NCBI GenBank assembly: GCA_047967505.1
Contig: CM106538.1
DNA: 64,000 nt
Strand: one strand, 5' to 3'
Origin: Dipteris shenzhenensis
Taxonomy: Eukaryota
Translations under genes and position numbers: made by a program
Part shown: piece after piece, positions 50,086-63,340 of the stretch
Position numbering within the stretch: the first letter of the stretch is position 1
Layout of the letters: each line of letters begins with the position of its first letter
The notes under the pieces: generated by a model
Told to the model about the DNA's origin: nothing
The model's input: only the letters and a program-made list of their open reading frames with translations
Database searches by the model: none

Positions 50086-53000
50086 CCTAGTCTCATTAAG
50101 CATTGCTATTAGTTTAATTTACCACTCTAATTCATATTGCTTTTTTGCAGTTACTCAAAAGAAGAGAGAGCTCAATAAAATGCAAAGACATAGAAAATTT
50201 AAAAATTGAGATAACACAGACTCCATAAATAATGTAGAGACGTGACGCGCATTTTGGATAGGAACAAGTGGTTTATTGAGCAAGAGGCAATGGGAGCGAC
50301 GGTCGATTGGGCTGAGGTGGCTGCTCGCATGGTATAAGTTTACTCCTACTTGTAATCTCACTTTTTAAATTGTTTTATTCTTTAAGTTCCAATCTAATTT
50401 TTGATTTATATGGTTCACTCTTAGGGTCAAAGCTCAAGCGTCCCATCATCGGAGGCGAGCGATCACCAGGGCCAAGGATCAGATGCATGTGACGAGGATC
50501 AAGGAGAAGGCGCAGCTCACGAGGACCAAGGAACATGCCAACAAGACGAGGACGATTCGGATTCGGATGAGCAATAGTAGTAGTAGTGGTAGTAGCATTT
50601 TCTTCACCCTGTATGTCATTTTGTATATCTGCTCATTTGAGCAATTTTGTATCGCCCTTTCAAAAGGGTAATTTTGTAACAAACAATGTTGTATATGTTC
50701 GACATGTATATGCTTTTGTTGCTCGATCATTTCATTTGAGCGATTTTGTATTACCCTTTTCGCAAGGAAAATTTTGTTATAAAAAAACTTTGTTTTGTAA
50801 TAGCAAGCCCTGTTTAGCCCCACTAATCCTTTTTTTTAAGTTTTATTAATCGTCGCTATATAGCGACGTTTACCAGTGTCGCTATATGGCAACGATTAAT
50901 AGTGTCCCTATGTAGCGATGTTTATCATCGTCACTATATAATGATGCTTTATAGCGACGGTTCTTTTTCGACACTTTTAGTGACTTTTATAGCGACGTTT
51001 GCGCCCGTGAAAAAAAAAAATTTAATGTAAAAAGCGTCGGTATTTTCATCAAAAAATGGCCTATGACTTGTAGTGACTTACATCTTGGGCTCGCCATGGA
51101 CGGTGTGAATCCTTTCGGATTATGCTCGACATCTTGGTCGACATGGCCCATAGTCGTGGTGAATTACAATATCCCACCATGGCTAACAATAAAAAAGGGA
51201 CACCTCATGCTTGCACTACTTATGCCAGGGAAGTACAAGGCAAAAAGTATGGACGTGTACATGGCACCTTTGATAGAGGAGTTACAGATATTATGGAGAG
51301 GAGTGCAGGTCTTTGATATTTCCAGAGCTCCTAGACATAACAATGATATTTTGGTCAGGGGTATCTTGATGTGGACCATGCATGACTACCTAGGATATGG
51401 AGAGTGCACAGGTATGTGGTTGTGTCTCTACAAGTATAATACAGGATTATGCTTTTATGTCTCTCTTTTGCACGCATGTCTTATACTAACACATTCATGC
51501 ATGCGTGCAAGACTTGTTACAAGTGGGTACCTTGCTTGTCCTGTTTGTGGACTAGGTTTGAAATTGCTTGCATGATACTCCAAACATATGAGGAAAAATG
51601 TTTATGAAGGTCATGCTCGATACCTTCCGCTCGACCATCTCGCATGTGGAGGTCAGCTTGATCCACCACCATCATATTTGAAGGCAAGTGACTAGATTCA
51701 AGTTTGGAGGCCCAATGGAGAGGCACGTCCTTCTGGTATGAAGAGGCTATCAGTCTTCCTTATTGGGGTCAGTTACAAATCAATCATCTCTTGGATCCCA
51801 TGCATATCTTCAAGAATGTGGGGGCTACTATTTGGGCACACTTGGTTGGTTCCAAAGACTCGAGAGGAGTGCGAGAAGACTTGCGTGCTATGAATAGGAT
51901 ATCTCGTTTGTGGCCCCAAGTGCATGCTTCGGGAAAAGTTGTCCTCCTGAAAGCAACATGGATCCTCTCTACGAGGGAGGAGGCACCGGTCAAGGTGGAC
52001 ATTGCCTCTTTTCAAACACCGACAGGGTACATGCGTTGCTTGAAAGGAGCATTTTCAAAGGACAATAAGCATAGTGGGCTCAAGTCCCATGATTGGCACA
52101 AGGTCTTACACGTATTCTAAGCTATAGAATTAGTGTACCGATAATCATGATGCATTAGCGTAATTATGATTATGTTATATTGTTGACATGACTTCTTTGT
52201 TGCTTTGATAGTTCATCCTCCCAATTACAATAAAAGGGTGCTTACAAGAAGATGTTAGAAATGCTATATTCAAGATCTGTGGTATTTTGAGGTATACTTA
52301 CTATCAAATCGCATTGATTGCATTTTCTTCAATTTAAGCTGATTAATCTGTAGACTAATTATGAAAATATCTTACATGGATATGTGAAATAGGTGGATAT
52401 CTCAAAAAGAGATCTCCATATCGAGCATCAAGAAGGCCAAGTCCACTTGCTTGTGCACATAGTTGATGAGGTGGCTATTGCAGGTACCGTTCATAGTCGA
52501 TGGATGTTTTTTCTCGAGCAGTTTATGAAAACTTTGAAGTATTTGTAAGACAAAGAGCAAGACCAGAAGCAAGCATGGCGGAGGGATGGCTTGTGCAAGA
52601 GTCATTAGTATATATCACAGAGTACGGAGATTCTTGCATCCACGGATCCTGATATGCTGCAAGCTTGGCATAACAAGGATGATGATCACATCGTTGGCGA
52701 GGTTCCCCAAGGAAAAGGGATTGAAAGAAAGATGAGCGAAGAGCAAATGGAGAAATTCAATAAGTTTTGTATCCTCAATAGCCCTGAGATGCAGAAGTGG
52801 ATTGAGAGATATGAAGTGGTCAAAGCAGAAAGAATAAATGCAAGGACGAGATTCAGAATAATGTACAGGCGATCGCAACCATATCCATGGGATCTGGCTC
52901 TTCCATGCGGCAGTGAGAAAAGATAGTAGCGGTTTCTTTGCAATAGACTCCACCAAACATTGGACCGATGAAAGTGATACTTTTGTTCTTCTCGAGCACT

Positions 53001-54612
53001 GTGAGCACGTGCATACTAATGATTTAATTAATTGAAGCTTTCACCTTTAAATATCCATTGATACATGTACTTGAGCATAATTTCATATATATAATTGATG
53101 ACATTTGGCACCCATCTTCAATATAGGTGGTTTTTCATCCGGATCATTCTGATCCAAGATGGTGGTACGTGATCCAAGTTGCACCATGAACTAAGAAAAT
53201 TTTTGAAGATAGAGATGTGGATATGGAGATGCCACTACCAATGCTGGATCCATTTGATCCAGATGAATCTAGCAAAGAAGATAAAGATCACAATATGAGC
53301 CAAGAGGAAGATGCACATAATGACATCATATGGGAGGAAGATGGAGATCATGATATAGAGGAAGAAGACAACGATCATCAAGAATCACCACACTTTATTG
53401 AAGAAGATGATCAAGTACTTTTAGGTGAACATACGATGCTAGAGTACGATGATGATATAAGAGATCAACTCGGTATAGAGTTGGAGATAGACTTGTTTGG
53501 CACCTTAGACTTGGCTCAAGATGAAATAGTTGATGTAAATGCTCTTCATTGATTTTTTTCATCTCAAACGTGGACATGAATATATGAGCTTCAAAGGCTT
53601 GATGTACATGCTCTCATATTTTTTTTCTCTCAAAAGATCAAACATGTATGAAATTTTAAAAAAATTTGTCATTGGAAAAAACTAACTTTGAAGGCCTATA
53701 TGAGAAAAAAACCTCTCTAAAAAACATCGCTATAAAATAGTATATCAGTGTCACTATATAGCGACACTTAAAAGTCACTATATAGCGACTATTACAGAAG
53801 TCACTATATAGCGACATTTGCTTAAAGTCACTATATAGCGATGCTTTATGGGACGTGCTTTTCATACCGATGATTAGCACCCCGTGCACGCTAAACATCG
53901 GTACTTAAACATCGCAATAGGATTCGTGTGTAGTAGTGGCAACCCTTTCAAGCCCAGCAAGCACCAAGATTGAGTTGATTCATGTGCACAAGCTTCTCCC
54001 ATAAAATTAGGTGCTCAACCTCTTCTTGGCACGATTCCATTCAGCAAAACTGCTTTTTGTTTTCATAATCCGTTAGTTGGGCTGGCTTAGCGATCTCTCA
54101 CAAAGCCCACTGATGCACTCACAACCTGATGTCATGATGAAATGAGAAAAATTGGAATTCCTCTTCTCTCTCACATCGCAGGTCTGTGTATTTCCTCTTT
54201 TCTTTGTATTTCTACATCCATAACTACTTTAGTCTCCACATTAAGACACAACTGTTGGATCTTGAGTACTTACATTGCTACCATGTGTCCCTCTCTCACA
54301 CCCCTTCATTTCTCCACCTTTTTACCACTCCAAATCCACAATTGAATGCATTTTTGCTCATTTTTGCAACCTCCATAACTTTCAATCCGTAACTTGGATT
54401 GCAACACTGTAAAAATAAAAAGTGTTCATCTCAACAAGCTCTACATATTTGTAGCACCATCACTTAAATCATAGCAAAACATATGCACCCATTTTCACTG
54501 CTATAAAACATGATAAATACTTCATTGAACCCACACTAAATAGCATCAACCTTTCATATGACATGAGATTGCAACAAATACATTGCTTTTTAAGACCCAA
54601 AGTCACATGTCA

Positions 54613-56900
54613 TTAGACTTCATCTTGCAGAGTAAGATTATTTCATAGTAGTAAATGAGCAAACTACGAAAGATTTTTGGATGAAATTATGTGGCACTTA
54701 TGAGAAAGAAACTACCTCTAATAAAGTTTACCTCATGAAGAGTTGTTTGAGCTATAGATGAAGGAAAGGGTCTCCATTGCTTATCACTTGAATGAAATCA
54801 ATATTATTTTTAGGTAGCTTCAAGCTGAGAAGATGAATGTTGATGTGGAGACTAAGGCAATATTTCTCTTGTTTCATTGCCATTCTCATGGGATACCTTT
54901 CATACAGTTGTCAGTAACTATGCACCTAGTGGAGTATTGAAGTTTGATGATGTTGTGGGTATCTTGTTGGCCAAGGAGATTAGATGGAAGTCTATGGGAG
55001 GCAACAAGTAGGATGCAGCCTTAAATGTGCAAAGGGGTAGATCACAATTTAGGGGGAAGTCCCAAGAAAGAGGGAAGTCTCGTAGCAAATCCAAGGCATA
55101 GAACATTGAGTGTTACCATAGTGGCAAGAATGGCCACATGAAAAAGGATTGCTACAAGCTGAAAAGAGAGAAAAAGGATAAGAAAAAGAATGAAATTTGA
55201 AGTAAAAATAAGAAGGAAGAAAGTCCAAGGTAGGACAAAGGAAAAATGAAGATCGAGGACATTAATGAGGTCACTAAGAGCAGAGACGATGTCATTCTCT
55301 TCATGGCTAGTCTACTTGCAAACTTTCTTACCACTTCAGATGATGCATATTCCCAAGATTGGATTTTGGATTCTATTGCTTCATTCCATGTTACTCCCCA
55401 TAGGGAGTGGTTCTACACTTATGACAGTGGAAAGACAGGTTGTATGCATCTTGGAAATAACTATGCATGTGACATAGTGGGAGCAAGTGACATAAATTTT
55501 TCTTTTGCAAATGGGTCTGAATTTGTTTTGAAAAATGTGAGCTCAACATGTGCCTAAGATGACCAAGTCTTATTTTAGCGGGTCAGCTAGATAATGCTGG
55601 TTTTCAGACCACTTTTGACTTTCAAAGTTGGAAACTTCTAAAGGGCTCTATGGTTTTGGAAAGGGGTGTCAAGTGTGGGACATTTATCCCTTCCATGTAT
55701 CAAGGGTGTCTGATCATGTTGTTGCAATAACCAAGCATCCAAGTACTTCTTTGTGGCATTGGAAGTTGGGGCACATGAACTTGAATGGGATGAAACTCTT
55801 ATGTTGTTTTGGTTATGTATCGCATTTGAGTTTTTTATTTTTATTTTTGTGAGAATTGTCTATATGGGAAGCACACTAAATCAGCCCATAAAAGAAGGGA
55901 AAAGAAAGAGATTGAAAGGCTTGATTTGGTGCATGCAGACGTATGTGGTCCCATGCCTACACGGTCATTAAGCGGGGATGAATATTATGTGACATTCATT
56001 GATGATGCAACTTGGAAAGTGTGGGGGGCTTATGCTATAGCTCGGAAGGGCGAAAATTAGTTAGGTAGAATGTTTAAATACCTATGGACTGATAATGGTG
56101 GAGTATATCTCTCATGACTTTTAGCATTTCTGTGATACACGTGGGAACAAGAGGGAGCTCATGTCTCCTCATACTCGAGAGTAGAATCTAGTTTGCAGCA
56201 TAGATGAACCGTACCATTTAGGAAAGTTTGCAATGTATACTTTCTAATGCAAGTTTTTCTTATGGTTTTTGGGCTCGGGGGGGTCACTATGTATAAACCC
56301 TCTATATCATGTGCGTTCAAGGACTATTTCTAAAATCCCTTATTTGTAAAATTTTCATTAATAAAATGTACCCTTTTTCTATACAAATCTGTAAATTTTT
56401 CCCAAAATTATTTTAAATACTCCCTTATGTAGATTAACTTTTGTAAAAATAAGATATTAAAAATGTCCTGCTGTTGAACTCACATGATAGGGTTACATAT
56501 GATGAGTGACCCCCTCGAGTTTTTGGGCTGAGGCAATGAAGACTGGAGTGCATGTGATCAATAGATCACCTAATAAGAGTTTTGATGGTGGTATTACTGA
56601 AGAGGCATGGAGTGGCAAGAAGCCCTCTTACTCTCGTTTACATACATTTGGGTGTGAGGCATATGCACATGTGCCAAAAGAGCTTTGCAAGAAGCTAGAT
56701 CCTAAAGCTAGGAAATGTGTCTTTCTAGGTTATGGTGAAAGTGGAGAGATGGGCTATCATCTTTGGGATCTAGAAGCAAAGAAGATCATACAAAGCCACG
56801 ATGTGGTATACAATGAGATGAAGATGCATAAGACACCCATGAGGGATGTGGAAATGAGGAGTTCTAATCACCTTTTAGGATGTGAATCCACCCCATATGT
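54613..56900 (+). pseudogene. Copia gag-pol remnant (gag, protease, integrase)
   Basis: DWILDSIASFHVTP, LWHWKLGHMN, LDLVHADVCGP, FWAEA, FGCEAYAHVPKELCKKLDPKARKCVFLGYG; MITE inserted just before FWAEA. Confidence 0.88.
56274..56519 (+). mobile_element. MITE, CTCGGGGGG-TIR family
   Basis: TIRs CTCGGGGGGGTCAC/GTGACCCCCTCGAG; perfect 8-bp TSD tttttggg (56266-56273, 56520-56527). Confidence 0.95.
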
Positions 56901-57149
56901 TGATAGACAGCCATGCACCAAATGTGTAGGAAATGGTGCCACCAGGTGCTCCCATAGGTACACAATTAAGGGTAGATGATGGAGTCCAAGGAACAAATTA
57001 AATTAAATTTGGACGCATATTCCGACCAAGACAAAGAGAATCAAGATTTTTGTACCTTACCAAACAACCCAAGGAGCCTTAATACAAACTATCCACCACC
57101 ATCACCTATAAGTCCACCCATACATAGGATTGAATACACTAGTTCACAT

Positions 57150-59300
57150 GATGGCACATCCATAGGTAGCAAGTTTGAAATGTAAATTTTTTGAGTTTCA
57201 TGGTAAGGATAAAGAAGATCTAGACAGTGATGTTGCCCAATTTGAAACTGGGTGGTGAGCCAGTAGTTTGGACACCTTATTTGGGGATCCAAAAAAATTA
57301 CAAAAGTTTGCGAGCACACTTGTTAAAAAATCTATGAGGTGGTTTAGCCCACATGGAGTGGGAAATTTTGCCACTTATGATCAATAAAAGATACATTTTT
57401 GGGAGACATTTCAAAAGGAGAAAACCCCCTAGTGATGTTAGAAGAAAGCTAAGGCAACTAAAGCAAAAGAAAATATCCATAGAGGACTACACTCGACAAT
57501 TTTCAAACTTGAATGCTCATGGGTTCACCTCCAAAAATTTTATTGTACCAGGTGCATTCAAAAGGAGAGGTATTTTAATACCACTTTTGGGGAAAATTTA
57601 ACAGGATTACAATAATAACAGGAGGGGTTTTTTAATTCAATTTTAGAAAAACAATCCATTAGTTCATAAGTGAAAAGGAGTGGTTTTATTGGGAATTTTT
57701 TTAAAGATAAGGGGTATTTTAAATACCCCTTACATGATACCTAGGATTTCTTAATAGTGCACCCCCCAAGCCTGAATGCATGACTGAATGTAGCAGAAAG
57801 ACCGACGACACTGAAACAATACCCAAATACTTTTGCAAGGGACTGAGATTGAACATTTGAAGTTGGTTGGTGGCCTAGTACTGCCAGTAGGTGCAATGGG
57901 TTCAATACCCTAGTTGATGTAGCCAAAAGATCTTAATGACACATAGGAAGAAGGAAGATGAAAAAGAAAAAAATTGAGGTGGAATCCAAAGAAGATTTCA
58001 AAGAACATTTTGATTGTCGAGACAATGAATCCAAATCCGAATCCAACTTGAGCAGTAATGAGTTGGGTGAGCTTACAAAAAGGGTCGACAACATGACCTG
58101 CATGAGTTGTGTGATTGATCCGACTCTATCTTGATTGAAACACAACCAAAAAAATCACCTGGTGTGGGAAAATCTGGAAATGACCAGATCAAAAGGACCA
58201 GTTCAAGAGAAACCACAAGCAAAGATTGAGGTCAAAGAGAAAGCTCTTAGATGGAAGGACCACAAAGAATTATGGACAACAACATTCAAAGAAATTTAGA
58301 AGGCACAAGCCAAAGAGGCAACGACAAGAGTTTGGCAATCAATGGATCTACAGGAATGGAGAAATCTGACAAACCCAAAACATAATCTAATCAACAGCCT
58401 GGCAACAAATCCAAAGACATGTCTAGGTCATATCCTGATGTCAAGTCCAAGAAAATTTTTGACTAACAATCCAACTACAAATTCAACAAGTAGCCAAAAT
58501 TTGGGGAACCATTTAGAAAATCAAGAGCAAGAGATGACTAACTGAAAGCGGAACGAAGAAAACCTCAAGCCATGAAGCAAGCATTTATCAAGATGAAAGA
58601 GCTTCATTAAGAAATTGCAAGAGGGAAAGAAGGAGCAAAAGAAACTAGAATTTTCATGTGAAGTAGATTACCAGCCATTAGTGGAAGAACCACCGGTGTT
58701 GCAAGTAGAATCGGATGATGTGGTCTATAAGGTCCCGGCAATCAAAGTGCATTGTAATGGCCAAGAAATACCAAAAACATTGCTAGATGCAGGCTTAGGT
58801 GTAAATATCCTGTCGCACAATATATATGAGAAGATGGGCCTAATGGAGATGGACAAAGCACATTTTCAAATTGCTGATCAAAGAAGAGTTCAACCACTAA
58901 ATATTGTATAGAATTAGTAAATTGTAATTCAAGTCATGTCATTTAAAGTAAATTTTGTGGTCCTCTAGATGGAAAAGGGAGATTTCTCCTATCCAACGTT
59001 GATGGTAAGGCCATGGTTTTAAACAACCAAGGTGAAACAGGATTGGGGTGCCTATAAGGTCACAATTCGAAGCGAAAAAAAGAATCTCCACCTAGACATG
59101 GTCCCAAAGGTGGTACTGTGGAAAAAGAAAATAGAGCATCAATTGCATAGTGCATCAATATGCTGTCAGAGATGGACAATGATAAGGAGAAAGAACTTTT
59201 GGATGCGAATCCATCCATTGCACCCACTGCTTGAAGTTGATGTAGGTTATATAGTGTTGGAAGAGAGCAGGAAGCAACAAGAAGATTATGGACACAAAGA
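57150..59300 (+). pseudogene. Ty3/Gypsy-like gag-protease remnant
   Basis: FHGKDKED...QFETGW, LRQLKQKKISIEDY (gag); TLLDAGLGVNILS...IADQRRVQPL and RPWF...KQDWG (retropepsin). Confidence 0.7.
57516..57770 (-). mobile_element. MITE, CT(C/T)GGGGG-TIR family (older subfamily)
   Basis: Right end GTGCACCCCCCAAG; TSD cttgaatg/cctgaatg (7 of 8); reverse homologue of 3808-4063. Confidence 0.75.
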
Positions 59301-59339
59301 AATCAAGTGCTTATTTCTTTATTCATGAGAAAGCCATTT

Positions 59340-60800
59340 ACAAATTGTCCTCTTCCTTCATGCATCACTCATGATGTCACGAGGGGGATCTAGATCCTAA
59401 ATCTCCTCCATAATTATCTCATCCCCTCTTTGCCTTTTCTTTTCTACAATAGAGTCAAATACTTCAAGTTTTATCAAGCCCATTGGAAGGTGCATTTCAG
59501 TGAGATGATCACGTCATGGTTAGGGAGTTTGATAGATATATGGGGATGAGGTAAAGCATTTTCTTGTATGAAGTCTTGCAAAATTGTTGCTGCCCTGACA
59601 GTTGAGATTCTTGATTTGGACCTTCCTTTATTACCATAAATGCTAAATTTTTTGCCACCCTTTGCCTTACTGACTAAATCCCAATATGTACCATAAGATA
59701 ATCCAGTAATATTACGATATATCTTATTGCAAATCTTTTTTCCATTTACAAGAAGTTTCTCCTCTTTCATTATTCTCTTCCTCTTTGGTTGCTTTTGTGG
59801 ATCTACCTGGATTGAATTTTGCTTTCTCTTCATGCATTTGTATGACTGTTTTTGTTCTTCATGCACATTGTTATTTGTATTTATGCACTTTCCCTCCTCA
59901 TGTTTGTTTGTCACCAAGCATCCATGATTGGTCATTGCATCCTTGGCCATATCACAATCAAAGTCAAATACTGAATAATCCTCTGTTGATCTCATCCTTG
60001 CTTTTTACATACTCTTAGAGCCATTCAATGCATTCAATATTCTACGAGAGTATTGAGAACCTTGAAACTCTTCCACTCCTAAGAGAACATCGCTCATTGG
60101 GACATCTTGCATGGCTTTCACAAATCCACAAGTTTGATCGACACTGGGTTTGTTAATATGCATGAACTCATCCACACCTGACAAGACATCACCATTGAAA
60201 CCTTTGCCCTTCTCACTGTGCAAGAATTCATCCACTCTAGATAAGGCATCGCTTATATTTAAATATTTTTGTTTCTCGGAACCAATGAGCTCAGCCACCC
60301 CAGATAAGATGTCACTTCTATATTGACATTATCCACGTTTGAAGTGATAGAGCTTGTCATGTGGGCATGCTTTTTAGGTCCTTTGATATTGTAGTATACC
60401 TTATCTTTATCATTAAAAACCATGTGCCTCTTTCTCATATTTAAAAATTGCATGCTCCATGTCATATTCTTGCCTACCTCATAATAGGGATCACTTCAGG
60501 ATGTTATGTTATCTACCATACCATCATCAGTTACTTTTAGAATTCTCATCTGTGCAAATGACCACTGCTCCACTTGTTCCAATCCCAATACTTCACCTTC
60601 TACTACATTCCTATTTGCAAATGACCTCATTTGTAAAATGTCCCCTATAGTAAAATCCAAGGTGGTGCAATTTGTATTTTTGATATTGTATGTTGCATAA
60701 GTCTCACCTCCTTCCCTTGCTATAAATGATTTGTTGGATGTATTGTAGGGCAAAACATCTCCAAGTGTTTTCATATCTCCACATTTATACTTTAGCTCAA
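59340..60800 (-). pseudogene. N-terminal part of a probable second Sola/DUF7869-type transposase gene
   Basis: ICNKIYRNITGLSYGTY...YGNKGRSKSRISTVRAATILQDFIQENALPHPH resembles the region preceding the catalytic core in this group; the core itself is absent. Confidence 0.4.
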
Positions 60801-63237
60801 CATGTGCACTAAGAATCTTTCATACATTACTGCCACCACCTGAGGATTACCAAAAAGTGAGCGGAGAAAAGTGAGCAGCCCCAAATAAGCGAGCAAGATT
60901 AAATAGGTTTCAAGCGAGCGAGAACCTCATCCAGCATCTTATTCCCCTCAATATCATTGGAACAATTGATGTGATCATAAGCAAATTAAACATATTCCAA
61001 CAATGAACGCATGCCTGAAACTCACAATTAACTTCTCTTTCATCCCCATACTATCAATTTGAGTCATTGTGGAGAGGTAGAGACATAACAATACATAAAA
61101 TTTGCGATAAAAAAAGCAAACACTACTCAAATTGAACATCCACGATAGATCACAAGGTAGAATATATGACTGAAAATATGTAAACATGATCATGTGCTAC
61201 ATATACATATCATGTCTTTTATGCTTGCAGAAGATCATCCATACATTCGATCCAAAAACATGGAAATAGAACTAACTATGTCAAAAGAAAAAAAACACAT
61301 TTTCATCATAAGGATTAATTTTGCTTAGTGAAAATACCTATGTAATCTGGACAATACCATGCTTTAAAAAACTTAGGGAGCCAAAAAAGGATTTTAGCCC
61401 TCCATACTTCTATTATGACCAATGTCTGAATGATAGTTCTATCGGAACTAGAAATGAATGCATCTAACCACTATGTTGAGTGCTCATCCAGTATCCTGTA
61501 GACTATTATGTTAAACTCAATACGTGACCATAAACTCAAGCATAAGAGGAGCATGATTCAAGTGAAATAATTGGCCGACACTTTGTAACTAGTATCCTGC
61601 TGCATCTAACGAAAAATATGCACCAGGCGTTAACAAGCTTCTATTTCCACCCCTATAAGCAAACTCGTATCTTGTAGTATGAAAAACTTTAAGGAAAACA
61701 TTGCACTTAATGCATCAATTAAGCCAGTGACTACTCATGATGCACAATCGAACAATCATCAAGGAAAGTCTAGTCAAGCAAGTTGAAGCAAAAAACCAAA
61801 TATCTATTTGGATCTATGCCGTGGTGTATCTGCCAACCATGAGTAGAAAAAAAACCTATGAAAAAAGCAAAATAGGGATTATGCCACTCTACCATGATCA
61901 CTTCCATGCTACAAATAAGGGAATACATAGTCGTTTTAGGGTACTTTTAGGGTTCATTCCCAACCACTAAAAAGAGAGCCAATGCTATCTATTTGTATTC
62001 ATAAAATCTTTATGAACATTATCATGTTCAATATAAGGATAGGAGCCAGCTCAATGGGTAGTCTTAAACAAATATAAATACTATTCGAATTTTAACCTTA
62101 TGCAAAAGATTTTTTTTAAACACAAAGTAAAACTTGATTATACATATAGATGGGAATCAGGTCACCATGGTAAGTATGTATTTAGTAATTAAGTTGAAAA
62201 TATTCCCTTAGAAAAATAGCTCAATCAACATAGTACCCATATTATATATCCAAAATTTATAAGATCTCATTCATACCATTAGATTGTTTTCATCACTTGT
62301 CATGAGTACTAACCTCAATTGGCATTATGTATTTGGGTCAAAATAGTTTTTAGTATAGGATATAATGGAGCAATACATTTATGTAATATCTAGTGATCAT
62401 AGTTTCTAATATAGGATAAAATGGAGCATAGAGTAATCTTGTCATTCAAAAATGATAATATACCTTCCTTGACCATATACAAGGATCATGCATTCATAAA
62501 AAAAGTTAGTCATAAATTGCAATATAATGTGCCCATAATGCATGTACATTAAAACTTCACATGTTAGAATGTGAGAAAGGGAATAATTTAACTATGAAAT
62601 CAGGGATCAATGTAGGAAATGGTCTTCTATGCACACATATATGCTAAGGGTTCATCTAATACAATATTGGAAATTGATGTGAGTATAAGTGTATGCATCC
62701 ATCAGTGATGTATATGAGTGTATGCATCCATTTGTGATGTATATTGTTGTACTAATCCATGGTGCTTTACCGCTTGAGTTGTTTGTAGCGCAATTAATCA
62801 CAACAATGTTGTATTTTTTAAAAGAAAAATGCCATAAAAATTTCATGCTGCAAAACACAAAAAAAAAAAAGGCATTTGTAGCATTAATCCAAGCATTTCC
62901 TACAAGCAATCTCCATCCTTCCCTTTCCTGCTTACTCTTTTGGCCACCTCCACCCTCTTGTTGCCCTTCAAGACTGCCTCTTGCCTCCTCGCCTCCTTGC
63001 TTCCTCACCTCCTCACCTCCTTGCTTCTTTGCCTTCTCACCTCCTTGCATCATGCTTGTTGCTGGCAATTCCAAGGCTGTCCCTCCCCTCTACTCACGTC
63101 ATCCTTCTCCTCATTTTGGTGTCTCCAATGAATAGCTTGGGGGTCTTGTTTTTGGAGGGGGGAAGCATAAGAATGGCAACACCTTAATGCGCTGTCATTT
63201 TTCGTGCTTTTGCCACCCAAAAACAAGACCTGCAAAT

Positions 63238-63340
63238 CCCTTGCTTAAGCTTGAATGAGCCTCTTGATTTTGGGCGTGTTAAGCCATCTTTGACCATCAT
63301 ACCCCCAAAATCAAGAGGCTCATTCAAGCTTAAGCAAGGG
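63238..63340. repeat. Perfect 37-bp inverted repeat with a 29-nt spacer
   Basis: cccttgcttaagcttgaatgagcctcttgattttggg (63238-63274) and its exact reverse complement (63304-63340). Confidence 0.9.

Larger units (their letters stand above)
23533..51075 (-). mobile_element. CACTA/EnSpm element with both termini (27.5 kb including nested inserts)
   Basis: Termini CACTAC...GTAGTG; 3-bp TSD ACT (23530-23532, 51076-51078); subterminal GTCGCTATATAGCGAC repeats at ~23630-23720 and ~50850-51000. Confidence 0.93.
23301..53938 (+). mobile_element. Host CACTA/EnSpm copy (own sequence 23301-23532 and 51076-53938), 5'-truncated, degenerate Tnp2 / Transposase_21 gene
   Basis: ...FAREPCN joins LHLGLAMDGVNPFG across the nested element; DPMHIFKNV, GLKSHDWHK; right terminus GTGTGTAGTAGTG at 53938 with GTCGCTATATAGCGAC subterminal repeats. 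Confidence 0.9.

Noticed and set aside
23533-53938. Single CACTA with 1-kb TIRs
   Set aside because: The ACT TSD pairs 23533 with 51075 and restores the host Tnp2 frame; the arms are the same end of two copies
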